Source of the DNA: an uncultured Candidatus Rokubacteria bacterium
Lineage (GTDB): Bacteria; Methylomirabilota; Methylomirabilia; Rokubacteriales; DASRDR01
Direction of reading: 5' to 3'
Length of the DNA stretch: 64,000 nt
Assembly (NCBI GenBank): GCA_963708025.1
Contig: CAVPSB010000016.1
Span: 128,001 to 192,000 of the forward strand
Below the pieces are notes generated by a model that searched no databases, was not told the origin of the DNA, and saw only the letters and a list, made by a program, of their open reading frames with translations. Position 1 is the first letter of the stretch, and the number at the start of each line of letters is the position of its first letter. The position numbers and the translations under genes are program-made. Positions 1 through 11,997 of the stretch are shown one piece after another.

Positions 1-682
1 CCAGGAAGACTGCGGCCTCGGCGAGGTCCTCGGGGGTCGGCAGCGCACCCGTCGCCGCCGCCTGCCGGCCCTCCTCGAGCACGCCGGGCGGCCAGTCCAC
101 GAAGCCGGTGTCGACCAGGCCCGGGGCCAGGTTGTTCACCCGCACCGTCGGCCCGAAGGCCCGGGCCAGCGATCGGGTGAGGCTGGTCAGGGCCGCCTTC
201 GACGCGCAGTACGCCATGGACGAGCCCATCCCGTGGAACGCGGCGACCGAGGTCACGTTGATGATGACGCCGCGGCCCTGCCGCTGCATCTGCGGGATGG
301 CGTGCCGGATGCAGTACCAGGCGCCGAGGAGATTCACCCCCAGCGTCTTCTGCCAGACCTCGTCGGTGAGCGCGTCCAGGTCCGAGTGGGGCGTCCTCCG
401 GGTCCACCCCGCGTTGTTCACGAGGATGTCGAGCCGGCCCCACTCCTTGACCACGTCGTCCACCAGCCGGCGGGCGTCGGCCTCCTTCGACACGTCACCC
501 TGCAGCGGGATGGCCTGTCCCCCGGCGGCCTCGATCTGGCGGACGGTGTCCTCGGCCCGGTCGCGGGACTTCGAGTAGTTCACCGCCACCTGGCCGCCCT
601 CGCGGGCGAACGCCCGCGAGATGCCCCGTCCGATGCCGGTCCCGCCGCCGGTGACCAGCGCGACCTGTCCCTTCAGTCTCAC
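1..682 (-). CDS. SDR family oxidoreductase (3' end runs off the window)
   Basis: Manual translation from GTG at 682: MRLKGQVALVTGGGTGIG...LVNNAG...YCASK. AGGAG upstream. Not in the ORF track because it has no stop inside the window. Confidence 0.9.
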   Translation of the reverse strand, partial: MRLKGQVALVTGGGTGIGRGISRAFAREGGQVAVNYSKSRDRAEDTVRQIEAAGGQAIPLQGDVSKEADARRLVDDVVKEWGRLDILVNNAGWTRRTPHSDLDALTDEVWQKTLGVNLLGAWYCIRHAIPQMQRQGRGVIINVTSVAAFHGMGSSMAYCASKAALTSLTRSLARAFGPTVRVNNLAPGLVDTGFVDWPPGVLEEGRQAAATGALPTPEDLAEAAVFL

Positions 683-692
683 GTCGATTCTC

Positions 693-1451
693 CTACGCCT
701 GCGGCTGGTGAATGACGAGCGGAACACCCCGTGTCGCGGCCGGACCGAGGACGAGTCCCACGGCCTCCTGCCGGAACGCGACCTTCTGGTCCTGGAGGCG
801 GGTGGCGAGGCCGGTGAGATCCCGGGTCATGAGCCGCAGCATGGAGATGCGCGGCTTCCCCGAGGTCGCGCTGGCTGGGGAGAGCTGGAGCATGACGTCG
901 CCACTGGCGAGCTGGGCCAGCGTCCAGTCGGGCCGCGACATGCGGATGGTCAGGCTGAACAGGTCGCGGTAGAGGTGGGCGGCGCCCTCCACGCCCTCCA
1001 CGACCAGGTGGACGACGGTCAGCGTCAACGGGGCGTCGGCCGGCGGGGTCTTCTCGATCGGCGTGGCCACCTCGATCAGGATCCCGGCGCACGCCCGGGG
1101 GTGGATGAAGGCGATCATCCCGGCCAGCCCCTTCCGCGGGCGGGCGTCGATCATCTCGACCCCGGTGCCGTCGAAGCGCTTGACGTCACGGGCGACGTCG
1201 TCCGACTCGAAGCACAGGTGATGCAGCCCCTCGCCTTGGCTCTGGAGGTACCGTCCGACGGGCGAGTCGGGCGTCGTCGGCTCCAGCAGCTCGATCTCGA
1301 TCGACCCGCAGGCCAGGAGGGCGGCCCGGACCCCCTGGTCCTTCACCTCGGCTTCGCGGGTCACCGACAGGCCGAGCGTGTCACGCCACAACGCGTAGCC
1401 GCTGGCGAGGTCCTGGACGACGAGGCCGATGTGATGGACGCGCTTGATCAT
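693..1451 (-). CDS. VOC family protein, methylmalonyl-CoA epimerase-like, with a second VOC-like domain
   Basis: MIKRVHHIGLVV...IELLEP...GEGLHHLCF...IAFIHP...GILIEV. Confidence 0.8.
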   Translation of the reverse strand: MIKRVHHIGLVVQDLASGYALWRDTLGLSVTREAEVKDQGVRAALLACGSIEIELLEPTTPDSPVGRYLQSQGEGLHHLCFESDDVARDVKRFDGTGVEMIDARPRKGLAGMIAFIHPRACAGILIEVATPIEKTPPADAPLTLTVVHLVVEGVEGAAHLYRDLFSLTIRMSRPDWTLAQLASGDVMLQLSPASATSGKPRISMLRLMTRDLTGLATRLQDQKVAFRQEAVGLVLGPAATRGVPLVIHQPQA

Positions 1452-1513
1452 GGCCGTTCCCGGGCCCTCACCAACGTACCCCAACGGGCAGGGTCATTTC
1501 AAACGGTCTCCGC

Positions 1514-2626
1514 CTACTTGAGCCCGAGCAGGCTGAAGACGGGCACCGGCTTGAGAAACCCCTTGAGCGGCAGCGCGCCGACCGGCTCCGCCGCGATCAG
1601 GGCCTCGACCGCCCCCAGGACCCGCCCGGAGATCAGGATCTGGCCGGGCTTCGCCTCCCCGCAGAGGCGGAAGGCGAGGTTGGTCACGGTGCCGATCGCG
1701 CCGTAGTCCCAGCGCCCTTCGAAGCCGATGGCGCCGATGGTGGCGTAGCCCTGGGCGATGCCGATGCCGATGCCGAGGTCGTCACCGCGCCGGCGCCACT
1801 TCTCGGCCAGGCCCGCCATCGTCTCCCGCATCGCCACCGCCATCCGCACCGCGCGCTCCGCGTGATCGGGGACGGGCACCGGGTCGTTGAAGAAGATCAT
1901 CATCCCGTCGCCGGCGAACCGCTCGAGGGTCCCCTCGTGGGCCAGGACCTCCCGCCCCATCGCCCCGTGGTACTCCCGCAGCACTCCCATGACCTCTTCC
2001 GGCTCGGCCGTCTCGGCGAAGGCCGTGTAGCCCCGGAGATCGAGGAACACCACCGTCAGGTCCCGCCGGTGGGTCTTCAGGGGATCCTCGGCGCCCCCGG
2101 CCAGGATCAGCTCGGCGAGCTGCGGGGAGAAGAACCGCTTGAGCCGGTCCAGCCGCTCGAGCTGGCCCACCTGGTCCTGGACGCGCTGCTCCAGGGTCTG
2201 GTTCCAGTCGGCGAGCTGGCCGGCCTGCGCCTGCACGGTGTCGTAGAGGATCTTGATCCGCAGGAGCGAGCGGACCCGGGCGAGCAGCTCGGGCTGGTTG
2301 ATCGGCTTCGTGAGGAAGTCGTCGGCCCCGGCCTCCAGGCCCCGAACGCGCTCCTGCCCCGGATCGAGCGCGGTGACCATCACGATCGGCAGGATGCCGG
2401 TCGCCGGGTTGGCGCGGATCTTCTGGCACACCTCGTAGCCGCTCATGCCCGGCATCACGACGTCCAGCAGGACGAGATCCGGCCGGTCCGCCTCCACCCG
2501 CGCCAGCGCCTCGGCGCCGGAGGCGGCGGTCAGGACCTCGTAGCCTTTGGCCGTCAGGAGATCGGCGAGGAGCCGGACGTTGAGCGGGGTGTCGTCGACC
2601 ACGAGGATGCGGGCGGCGGCGGTCAC
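1514..2626 (-). CDS. Response regulator receiver fused to class III adenylate/guanylate cyclase
   Basis: REC motifs (ILVVDD, LLDVVMP, KP), then [32 protein letters not shown]. Confidence 0.92.
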   Translation of the reverse strand: MTAAARILVVDDTPLNVRLLADLLTAKGYEVLTAASGAEALARVEADRPDLVLLDVVMPGMSGYEVCQKIRANPATGILPIVMVTALDPGQERVRGLEAGADDFLTKPINQPELLARVRSLLRIKILYDTVQAQAGQLADWNQTLEQRVQDQVGQLERLDRLKRFFSPQLAELILAGGAEDPLKTHRRDLTVVFLDLRGYTAFAETAEPEEVMGVLREYHGAMGREVLAHEGTLERFAGDGMMIFFNDPVPVPDHAERAVRMAVAMRETMAGLAEKWRRRGDDLGIGIGIAQGYATIGAIGFEGRWDYGAIGTVTNLAFRLCGEAKPGQILISGRVLGAVEALIAAEPVGALPLKGFLKPVPVFSLLGLK

Positions 2627-3018
2627 GCGGCGCCTCCCGGGCTCCGTCCGCGGTCCAGCGTGGCCCGCACGGCCTCCAGGAACTCCCGGATGCTGATCGG
2701 CTTGGACTGGTACCCGTCGAAGCCGGCGGCCATGATCGCCTGACGGTTGTGGGTCATCGCGGAGGCGGTGACCGCGAGCACCGGGATGTCGCGGGTGCGG
2801 GCGTCGCCGCGGAGGATCTTCAGCGCGGCGATCCCATCCATGCCGGGGAGCTGGATGTCCATGAGGATCAGCGCCGGGCCCGATTCCTGGGCCACCCGGA
2901 TCCCCTCCTCGGCCGTCTCGGTCTCCACCGTTCGGTACCCCTTGGCCTGCAGCACGTCCCGGACGAGCTTCCGGTTCTTCTCGTGGTCCTCGACGATCAG
3001 GATCAGCTCGCCGGCCAT
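2623..3018 (-). CDS. Single-domain response regulator (DivK-like)
   Basis: [18 protein letters not shown]...[11 protein letters not shown]...SKPI, the C-terminal part of ORF 2623..5115. Confidence 0.88.
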   Translation of the reverse strand: MAGELILIVEDHEKNRKLVRDVLQAKGYRTVETETAEEGIRVAQESGPALILMDIQLPGMDGIAALKILRGDARTRDIPVLAVTASAMTHNRQAIMAAGFDGYQSKPISIREFLEAVRATLDRGRSPGGAA

Positions 3019-5938
3019 GGTCGCACCGGGATGGTGAAAGTGAACGTCGAGCCCTTTCCGACCTCGCTCTTCACCCAGATCCTCCCTCCGTGCAGCTCGA
3101 CGAAGCGCCGGGCCAGCGCGAGGCCCAGGCCGGTGCCCTCGCGCTTCCGCGCGTAGTCGCCGCCCGCCTGGCGGAATTCCTCGAAGATGACCTCCTGGTC
3201 CTCGGGCGCGATGCCGATCCCGGTGTCGGTCACCGATACCTCCACGAAGCCGTCGGCCGGCACGGCGGCGACCGCGACCCGCCCGCCTTCCGGGGTGAAC
3301 TTGACGGCGTTGGAGAGGAGGTTGAGGAGGATCTGCTTGATCTTCCGCTCGTCGCCGGCCAGCTCGCCGACCCGGGGATCCACCGTGAGGCCGATCGTGA
3401 GCCCGTGGCGCTCGGCGCGCTCCCGGACCAGCGTGAGCGCGTTCTCCAGGGCGGCCGGGAGGCTGAAGCGGGCCAGCTCCAGCTCCATGCGGCCCGCCTC
3501 GATCTTGGACAGGTCCAGGATGTCGTTGATGAGCGAGAGGAGGTGGCGGCCCGAGGCGTGGATGTCCTGCATGTACTCGGCCTGCTTCGGGTTCAGCTCG
3601 CCGAACATCCGCTCCGACAGGACCTCCGAGAAGCCGATGATCGCGTTCAGCGGCGTCCGCAGCTCGTGCGACATGTTGGCGAGGAACTCGGACTTGTGGC
3701 GGCTGGCCGCCTCCAGCTCCGCGCTCTTCCCCTCCAGCTCGCGGAAGAGCCGGGCGTTCTGGATGGCCAGGGCCGACTGGGCGGCGAAGGTCCGGAGGAG
3801 GTCCATCGTCTCGGGCGGGAAGGCGCCCGGCGACTTGCGGGACAGGACCAGGCCCGCCGAGGATGCGATCCTCGCGAAGCAGCGGCACCGCCAGCACCGC
3901 GCGGAAGCCGGCCCGCGGCAGGATGTCGCGCAGCGGGCCCACGTAGGCGCCCTCCGCCGCGATGTCGGGAATCTGGATCGGCTCGCGGGTCACCGCGGCC
4001 TGCCCCACCGCCCCTTCCCCCGGACGCAGCGGGCGGCTCCGGAGCGCCTCCACCAGCGCCTCGTCGAACCGGTGCGTCGCCCGCAGCTGCATCTGTCCGG
4101 TGGCCTCGTCGTACTCGTAGATGGCACCGCCGTCGGTCCCCGAGAGCTCGTCGGCCCGCGACACGATGGTCGTCAGCACCGTCTCCAGGTCCAGGGTCGA
4201 GCTGACCGCCTGGCCGACCTCGCCGAGCGCCCGCAGCTCCTGGACGGACCGGGCGAGCTCGCCGGTTCGGGCCTGCAGCTCCTGGAAGAGGCGAACGTTC
4301 TCGATGGCGATGACCGCCTGGGCCGCGAAGGTTTCCAGCAGCTTGATCTGCTTCTCGGAGAACGGTCGGACATCGAGTCGCCGGATCAGGATGGCCCCGA
4401 GTGGCGCGCCCTCGCGCAGGAGGGGTGTGGCCAGCGTCGTCCGATGACCGACATCCTTCTGGTAGGCCTTGCCTTCCGGGATACTCGGTGTCCGATTCGG
4501 CGGCGAGATCGTGAACGTGGACCGTCCGCCGGTCCACGACCGCGCGCCCGGTGACCCAGTTCCGCGGCTGACCGGCATCCCGCGCTGGAAGACGTCCGGC
4601 CGAATGCCGAGCGATCCGTCGGGAGGCCACCAGGCGAAGGATCGCCTTGAACGCGAAAGATCAGCGCATCGGTGGCCTCGCAGAGCTTGGCCGCACTGCT
4701 CGGCGACCGCGTCGAGCACCGGCTGGATGTCCGTCGGCGAGCTGGAGATGACCCGCAGGATCTCCGCCGTCGCCGTCTGCTGCTCCAGGGCCTCGGTGAG
4801 GTCGCGCGTCCGCTCCTCGACCTTCCGCTCCAGGCCGGCGTAGGACTCGTGGAGCTCCGCGGCCATGCTGTTGAACTGCCGGGCCAGCGCCTCCAGCTCG
4901 TCGCCGGTCCGGACGTCGATCCGCTGGTCGAGGGCGCCGGCTCCGATCCGGGCGGCGCCGGCCTGGAGCGCGCGGATGGGCGTGACCATCCGCCGGGCGA
5001 GAAGGAGGCTGGCGAGTACCGCAAGACCGATACCGAGCAGGATGAGGATGGCCGTCCGTTTGATGGAGGCCGTCAACGGCTCGAACGCCTCGGCGAGCGG
5101 AAGGTCCACGAACACGAGCCAGCCGAGCGGCGCGATGAGGGCGGAGGCCGTCGAGGACCTGCCGCCCGCTCAGGTCCCGGGCCACGATCGCTTCCTCGCG
5201 CTCCGCGGCCGGGCGGCCGGCGGCGGCCTGGGTCGCCTTCACGTGGGGCAACGAGCACATGTCCGTCTTCTGGAGGACCAGGCTGATGTCCGGGTGGGCG
5301 ATCAGGAGGCAGCGGGCGTCCACGACGTACGCGTGGCCGCCGCGGCCGACCTGACCGACCTTGATCTGGGAGACGACGTCCCAGATGAACTTGAGGTTGA
5401 CCTCGGCCACCGTGACGCCGGCCTCGTCCCCCCGCCCGGCGACCGAGAGGGTCATGTACGGCTCGGATTCCTTCCGGAAGTAGACGGGCCCGAACCAGGT
5501 CGTCCCCGGCCGGGCCTCGCGGAACTTCGGCTCCCGCGCGACGTCGATCCCGCTGCCGACCCGGTCCATCGCCAGCCGGGACACGTTGAGCTGCTCACGG
5601 CCGGCGCCGTCGAGGAGGCTGATCTCGGTGACGGCGGGGACCTGCCGGAGGAGCCGGAGGTAGTCGAACCGGCGCTGCTCGAGCGTCGACCGGACGCCGA
5701 TCTGGGGCTGGCTGGCCCAGCCGACCTGGCGCTCGATCTCCTTGATGAACTGCTCGATCCGGGTCGAGGCCGCCAGCGCCTTCTCACGCTGGAGGGCCCC
5801 CAGCGCCGCCTTGTTCTCCTGGTAGGAGAAATAGATCTCGAGGAGGCCGCTGGTGAGCAGGGCCCCGCTGACCAGGCTGACGAAGAGGACGACGTACTTT
5901 CGGAAGAGCCGCCCGCGCGGCTCACGCACGGACGCCAT
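3003..5938 (-). CDS. Sensor histidine kinase (Cache-HAMP-2xGAF-HisKA-HATPase), frameshifted
   Basis: Domains are spread over ORFs 4661..5938, 2623..5115, 3647..4630 and 3003..3806 ([26 protein letters not shown]). At least three frame breaks. Confidence 0.85.
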
Positions 5939-5997
5939 CGCGCCTCCAGGACCGTATCATTCGGCACCCATTGTAGCGCGGTCAGGCAGCCGCCCGG

Positions 5998-7503
5998 TCA
6001 CGCCTTCACGGGAAGCGTGACGGTGAACGTCGAGCCCTTCCCGACCTCGCTCTGGAGCCGGATCGTGCCCCCGTGCAGCTCGGCGAATCGCCGGGCGAGC
6101 GCGAGACCCAGTCCCGTCCCTTCCTGCTTCCGGGCGGTGTCCGAGCCGGCCTGACGGAACTCCTCGAAGATCGCCGCCTGGTCCTCGGAGGCGATCCCGA
6201 CTCCCGAATCGGCGACCGCGATCTCCACGACGCCGTCGCCCGGCGCCGCGGTCACCCCGATCCGGCCCCCGTCCGGGGTGAACTTGACCGCGTTGGAGAG
6301 GAGATTGAGGAGGATCTGCCGGATCTTGCGCTCGTCGCCCACGAAGTCGCCCAGCCGGGGATCGAGGTTGAGCTCCAGGGTGACCCCGTGGCGGACCGCC
6401 CGCTCGCGGACCAGGGTCAGGGCGCTCTCGATCGCCGCCGGCAGGTCGAACGGACCGAGATCCAGATCCATCCGGCCGGCTTCGATCTTCGAGAGGTCGA
6501 GGATGTCGTTGATGAGGGAGAGGAGGTGCCGCCCGGAGGCGTGGATGTCCCCGACGTACTCCATCTGCTTCGGCGTTCAGCTCGCCGAACATCCGCTCCT
6601 GCAGCACCTCGGAAAAGCCGATGACGGCATTCAGCGGGGTGCGCAGCTCGTGCGACATGTTGGCGAGGAACTCGGACTTGTGGCGGCTGGCGGCCTCGAG
6701 CTGCTGGTAGAGCCGGCCCAGCTCCTCGCTCATGCGGTTGAGGTTCGTGGCCAGGGTCCCCAGCTCGTCCCGGTTCGCCACCTCGACCCGGCCGGAGAAG
6801 TCGCCCGGCCGCGATCTCCCGGAGCCGCGCGTCCATCTGCTTGACGGGGCCGATCAGCGACCACGAGATCGCGTAGCCGAGGACCAGGGCCAGGCCGATG
6901 CTCCCGACCGCGAACCCGATGACCACCCGCCGGGAGGTCGACGTACGCGTCGTGGCTCGTCTCGATGCTGGCCACCATGTCGGCCTCGGCCTTGTTCACC
7001 AGCTCGTTGGTGAGCCGCTCGAGGCGGTCGGCCAGCGGGCTGGCCCGGGCGATCTGCAGGTCGCGCCCCTCGGCGGCCTTGCCCGCTCCGGATCAGCTCG
7101 ATCACCTGGGTGACGACCTTGATGAACTCCTCGTAGTCCTCGCGGACGCGGCCGAGCAACTCCACCTCGTCCTTGGCCACGAACTGCAGCCGGTCGAGGT
7201 CGTAGCCGAACTGGTTGAGCTGGCGCAGGGTGGCCTCCAGCGTGCGCTCGTCGGGAACGAGGAGCGCCGACGCGACGCTGTAGAGCTGGCCGGTGGTGTC
7301 GTGCTGGAGCTGGCGGTAGGCGGCGATCTTGCGCTGCAGCTGCACCAGGTCCTCGGCGCGGTGGTTGGCGCCGGCTGAGCACTCGGAGACCGACGGCGCC
7401 GACGATCGATCAGGAGCACGACGATCGCCAGGAAGGCGACCAGCAGCTTGGCGTGGACGGCGACCGGGACCCGGGCGACCAGCCGGGGCAGCCAGTCGGT
7501 CAT
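5998..7503 (-). CDS. HAMP-domain sensor histidine kinase, frameshifted
   Basis: Starts [13 protein letters not shown]. The H-box (SHELRTPLN) is in ORF 5957..6781 and the HATPase in ORF 5998..6564. Confidence 0.82.
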
Positions 7504-8112
7504 CGCGGTGCCGCCCTCGCGGAGCAGGCGCCTGGAGGTCGCGCAGGAACTCGTCGGGATCGAACCGGACCCCGAGGTACTGGACCCGGAGGATGCCGCT
7601 GCGCGATCGACGAGCGACGTCAGGAACGTGTGGTCCACGTCCCCGCGCTCCTGCTTCCGGTAGACGACGCCGTAGCGCCGGGCGACGTCCTGGATCTCGG
7701 CCGGCGTCCCGGTGAGGAACGCCCACCCCGCCGGGTTGGCCCCGTGGGACCCGGCGTACCGGCGCCAGCACGTCCGGCGTGTCCCGCTCGGGGTCCACCG
7801 TGATCGAGACGAAGAAGACCGGGGCCCGAAGCCGGCCCCAGGCGGGCCTGCACGCCGGCCAGCTTGGCGGTCAGCAGCGGGCAGGTGTCGGTGCAGCTCG
7901 CGTAGATGAAGGTGACGGCGACCACCTTGCCGCGGAGGGCGGCCAGGGTCAACCGATCCCCGGTCTGGGCGGTGAGGCTGAACTCCGGGGCCGGGCCGAT
8001 CTTCGAGAGACGGGCATCCTGGCCCGGCTGGTGGCCGAGGCCCGGCGCCGGCCAGGCGGTGCAGGCGAGGAGGAGGAGAAGCGCGGTAGTCCCGCCGCGT
8101 CAGGCTCGGCAC
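7500..8112 (-). CDS. SCO1/SenC family copper-binding protein, frameshifted
   Basis: LRGKVVAVTFIYASCTDTCP (CxxxC), WAFLTG, DVDHTFLTSLVD. Confidence 0.85.
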
Positions 8113-8115
8113 CCG

Positions 8116-9116
8116 TTAGCCTTTGAGCTCCTTCTTCAGCTCGGCGAGGAACCGCCAGTCGGTGCCCTGGGCGATGATCCGCTGCGGGCTCGCCTTGATC
8201 ATCCCGATCTCGAGCAGCCGGAGCGCGTAGAACCGGACGGTATCCTCCGGGTTGTAATCGCGCCATCTATCGTACGGGATTTCCTTCATGGTCTGGAGCG
8301 CATACTCGTACTCCTTCGTGTAACCCCGGTTCACCAGGAGCCGGGCGGCCCGCTGCGGCTCGAGGGCGCACAGGGTCGGCGGCTTTGAGGATCGCCCGCA
8401 GCGCCCGCTTGGCGGCCACCGGAGACTTCCGGATGAACTCGCGGTTGGCCGCCAGCACGCAGCAGAAATACTGAGACCAGGGGCGGTCCACGGCGCTGTT
8501 GACCACCACGTGTCCGATCTTCTTCGCCCGCAGCTCCTGGGGAACCGGGGGAAAGCCGATCAGGGCGTCCACCCGCCCCTCGGCCAGGAGCCGGGCGGAC
8601 TCCGCCGGGTGATGGATCAGCCAGTTGATGTCCTTTCGGGGGTCGAGGCCGACATGGGCGGCCATGCTGGACAGGAACACGTGATGGGCCGATCCCATTC
8701 CGGGGATGCCGACCGTCTTCCCCTTCAGGTCGCGGATCGCCCGGACCCGATCGGTCCCGACCACCTCGAAGCAGCCGACGTGCACGCCACCCAAGAGCAC
8801 GACCGGGAGCCCGGCATCCACCTGGATGAGGAAGGGCGCGACGAACGCCATGCTGATGTCGAGGTCGTTGGCGGCGAAGGCCGGGTACGGATTGGCCTCA
8901 GGGAAGCTCACGTACCGGACGTCGGTGAACCCCTCGGCGTGCAGCAGCTCGTCGGCGATGTACTGGGGCGCCACGCAGATGCCGGCGATCTGCGACAGCC
9001 GCAGCCGCGTCGTCTCCGGCGGCGGCTCCGCATCGACCGGCGTCGCCGTCCACGCCGAGCAGTCCCGCGGCGCCAGCCACGGAAAGGCCACTGAGGAAGC
9101 GACGGCGGGTCATCAT
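8116..9116 (-). CDS. Tat-exported NMT1/TauA-like ABC substrate-binding protein, copy 1, frameshifted
   Basis: MMTRRRFL signal; AEPPPETTRLRL, ICVAPQY, HVGCF, DLKGKTV, RPWSQYFCC, IIAQGTDWRFL. Confidence 0.85.
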
Positions 9117-10117
9117 CCCTTCAGCTCCTTCCTCAGCTCGTTCAGGAACCGCCAGTCCGTGCCCTGGGCGATGATCTTCTGCGGGCTCGACTTGATGAGA
9201 CCGGTCTCGTGCAAGCGGAGCGCGTAGAATCGTAGGGTGTCTTCGGGATCGTACTCGCGCCACCGCGCGTACGGGATCATCGCGTCAGCGCCTGAAGCGC
9301 GTAGTCGTAGCTCGGGGTGAAATCCTGGTCAACGAGGAGCCGGGCGGCTCGCTCGGGTTCGAGGCTGCAGACCTGGTTGGCCTTCAGGATCGCTCGCAAC
9401 GCGCGCTTCGTGGCCATCGGACGGGCGGACGAACTCCCGGTTCGCGACCACGGTACAGCAGAAGTACTGGGACCAGGGCCGGTCGAGCGTCGTGTTGACG
9501 ATCACCCGCCCGACCTTCTTCGCCCGGAGCTCCTGCGGCTCCGGTGGAAAGGCCATGAAGGCGTCGATCTCCCCCGCGGCCAGCCGTCGCATGGACTCAT
9601 CGGGCGGCATCGCGACGAAGTTGACGTCGTGGCGGGGATCGAGACCCACGTGGGCGAGCATGCTGACGAGGAACGCGTGAGGTCCCGACTCCGAGGCTCG
9701 GCACGGCGACTGACGTGCCCTTCAGGTCGCGGATCGCGCGGACCCGGCCGGTCGCGAAGAGCTCGAAGCAGCCGACGTGGAGTCCGGCCACCATCGTGAG
9801 CGGGGCCCCCCTGTCGACCCAGATGACCAGGTTCGGCGCGGTACGACCCCGATGTCGGCCTCTCCGGACGCCAGGGCCTCCCGGATGGCGTCGCCGCCGG
9901 TCGTGGTCCACGTAGTCGATCGCGCTGAATCCCTCGGCCGAGAGCAGCTCCTCGGCCACGTACGGTGGGCGCGAGGCAGAGGGCTGGCGCGCGGACGAGC
10001 CGGACCCGCGGGATCTCGGCGGCGACTCCGCGTGCCGCCGGCGCCGGCCACGCCGCCAGCAGACCTGCCGCGCCGATCCCGGTGAGGCCGCCCCAGGAGC
10101 GCCCGCCGGGTCATCAT
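9113..10117 (-). CDS. NMT1/TauA-like ABC substrate-binding protein, copy 2, frameshifted
   Basis: MMTRRALL start; HVGCFELF, DLKG and RPWSQYFCC in ORFs 9597..9959 and 9329..9661; same C-terminus as copy 1. Confidence 0.82.
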
Positions 10118-10635
10118 CCCTTCAGCTCCTTCTTCAGCTCGGTCAGGAACCGCCAGTCGGTCCCCTGGGCGATGATCTTCTGGGGGCTCGACCGGATCAT
10201 CCCCGCTTCGTGCAGGCGGAGCGCGTAGAATCGGACCGTATCCTCCGCATCGTAATCGCGCCAGCGCCCGTATGGAACATCCCGCATGGTCTGCAGTGTG
10301 GAGTCGTAATTCTTGGCGAAGCCTCGGTCGGTCATGACCCGAGCGGCTCGTTCGGGCTCCTGTGCACAAAGCATGTCGGCCTTGAGGATGGCTCGGATTG
10401 CGCGTTTCGTGGCGACCGGGTACTTGGCCACAAACTGCCTGTTCCCGGTCACCAGATGAGGAGCCAGACAGAGGCTCGGAAACTTCAGGAGCCTGAGCCG
10501 CGTCGTCTCGGGCGGCGGCTCGGCGGCGGCCGGCCCCCCGTCCAGCCCGAAGAGCCCGGCCGCTCCGCTGACGGCCAGGCCGCCCAGGAACTCTCGCCTG
10601 GTCCACGCTTCGGCGCGTCGGCTGGTCATGGCCAC
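10114..10635 (-). pseudogene. NMT1/TauA-like binding protein, copy 3, with a large in-frame internal deletion
   Basis: The TRREFL signal and LCLAP N-terminus are joined directly to the C-terminal third (GNRQFV...DWRFLTELKKELKG). Confidence 0.7.
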
Positions 10636-10646
10636 TCGTCAGCGGC

Positions 10647-10950
10647 TCAGTGCGCCGTCAGGAACGCCCGGGCGTGGGTCAGCTCCGGCCGGTCGGTGTC
10701 GGCCTGGGCGGCCAGCGAGACGAGCTGCCCGTAGTACTGCTTCGCCGTCGCGGTGTCACCGGCCAGCTCGGCCGCCCGGGCGGCGCCGCGGAGGCCATTG
10801 AAGCGGTTCGGCTCCCGGCGCAGCGAGGCCTCGTACTCGACCAGGGCGGGTCGGGCCTGGCCCAGCTCGAGCAGCAGGTCGCCGAGCATCTCGCGAGCCG
10901 GCAGGACCGGGGCCGGGGTGACCGGATGCTTCTCGGTGGAGTCCTCGACC
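10647..10950 (-). pseudogene. C-terminal fragment of a TPR-like protein
   Basis: [25 protein letters not shown]...[16 protein letters not shown]. No N-terminus; abuts the truncated activator. Confidence 0.65.
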
Positions 10951-11856
10951 GATCTCGTCCAGGAAGAGGGTCCCGGGGTGGGCCATCTCGAACTTGCCCC
11001 GCCGGGCCGCCGTCGCCCCCGTGAACGCCCCCTTCTCGTGGCCGAACAGCTCCGCTTCGAGCAGCGTCGCCGGGATGGCGGCGCAATTGATGACGACGAA
11101 CGGGGCGGCGGCCCGGTCACTGGCGTCGTGAATGGCCCGGGCCACCAGCTCCTTGCCCGTCCCGGTCTCGCCCAGGATGGTCACGGTCGCGCGGGTGGGG
11201 GCGGCCTGCATCGCCTGCTCGAGCACCCGCTGGAGGACCGGCCCCCCCACCAGGCCCGGAAAGTGATGGAACGCCGCCCGCCGGAGCGCCGCGTTCTCGC
11301 GCTGGATCGTCTCCTTCTCCTGGCGGAGCGACTGGTAGAGACGCGCGTTCTCCAGCGCGACGGCGATGTTACCGGCGACCGCCTCCAGGAGCGCCAGGTC
11401 CTCCGGGGTGAAGGTCCCCTCCTTCTTGTTGATGACCTGGGTGACGCCGATGATCCCCGACCGGGTCCGGAGCGGCGCGCAGATGAGGCTGCGGCTGGCG
11501 GTGCCGACCTGCCGGTCCACGGCCTGGTAGAAGCGCGGCTCCCGCGAGACGTCGGGTACGAGCATCGAGCGGCCTTCCCGGAGCACCACGCCGCTGATCC
11601 CCTGGCTCGCCGGGAAGCGGATCTCCCGGATCCGCTGGGAGGCGTCGAGCCGCTCGTCGGTGGAGACCGGGAAGTAGAACTCGTCGCGCCCGGGGTCGTA
11701 GAGGATGATGGAGGACGTCTCGGCCCCCAGGAGGCTCTTGAGCCTCTCCATCATGACCGGCAGCAGCGCCTCGACGTCCACCAGCTCGTGGAAGGAGCGG
11801 CTGGTCTCCAGGAGGAGGGCGAGCGTGTCGCGGGTGCGATCGGGAACGGCGTCCAT
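10951..11856 (-). pseudogene. GAF-domain sigma-54-dependent activator, truncated after Walker B
   Basis: GAF domain, [25 protein letters not shown], then unrelated sequence. No sensor/R-finger region or HTH. Confidence 0.85.
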
Positions 11857-11997
11857 CGTCGGACCCGGTCGCCCTGCGGGGCGGCCGGCGTGGAGACTGT
11901 ATGCCGCCGCCCGGGCCAGGGTCAAGCGCCGCCGACCGCTCTACCGTCCACCGCTTCGCCGGGGGCCGGCGGGTCGGAGTGGTACACTGAGGCCGGC

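Noticed and set aside
2623-10117. Many frameshifts as programmed frameshifting or phase variation
   Set aside because: They are clustered across several unrelated genes with no consistent slippery motif, so consensus errors or decay are more likely.
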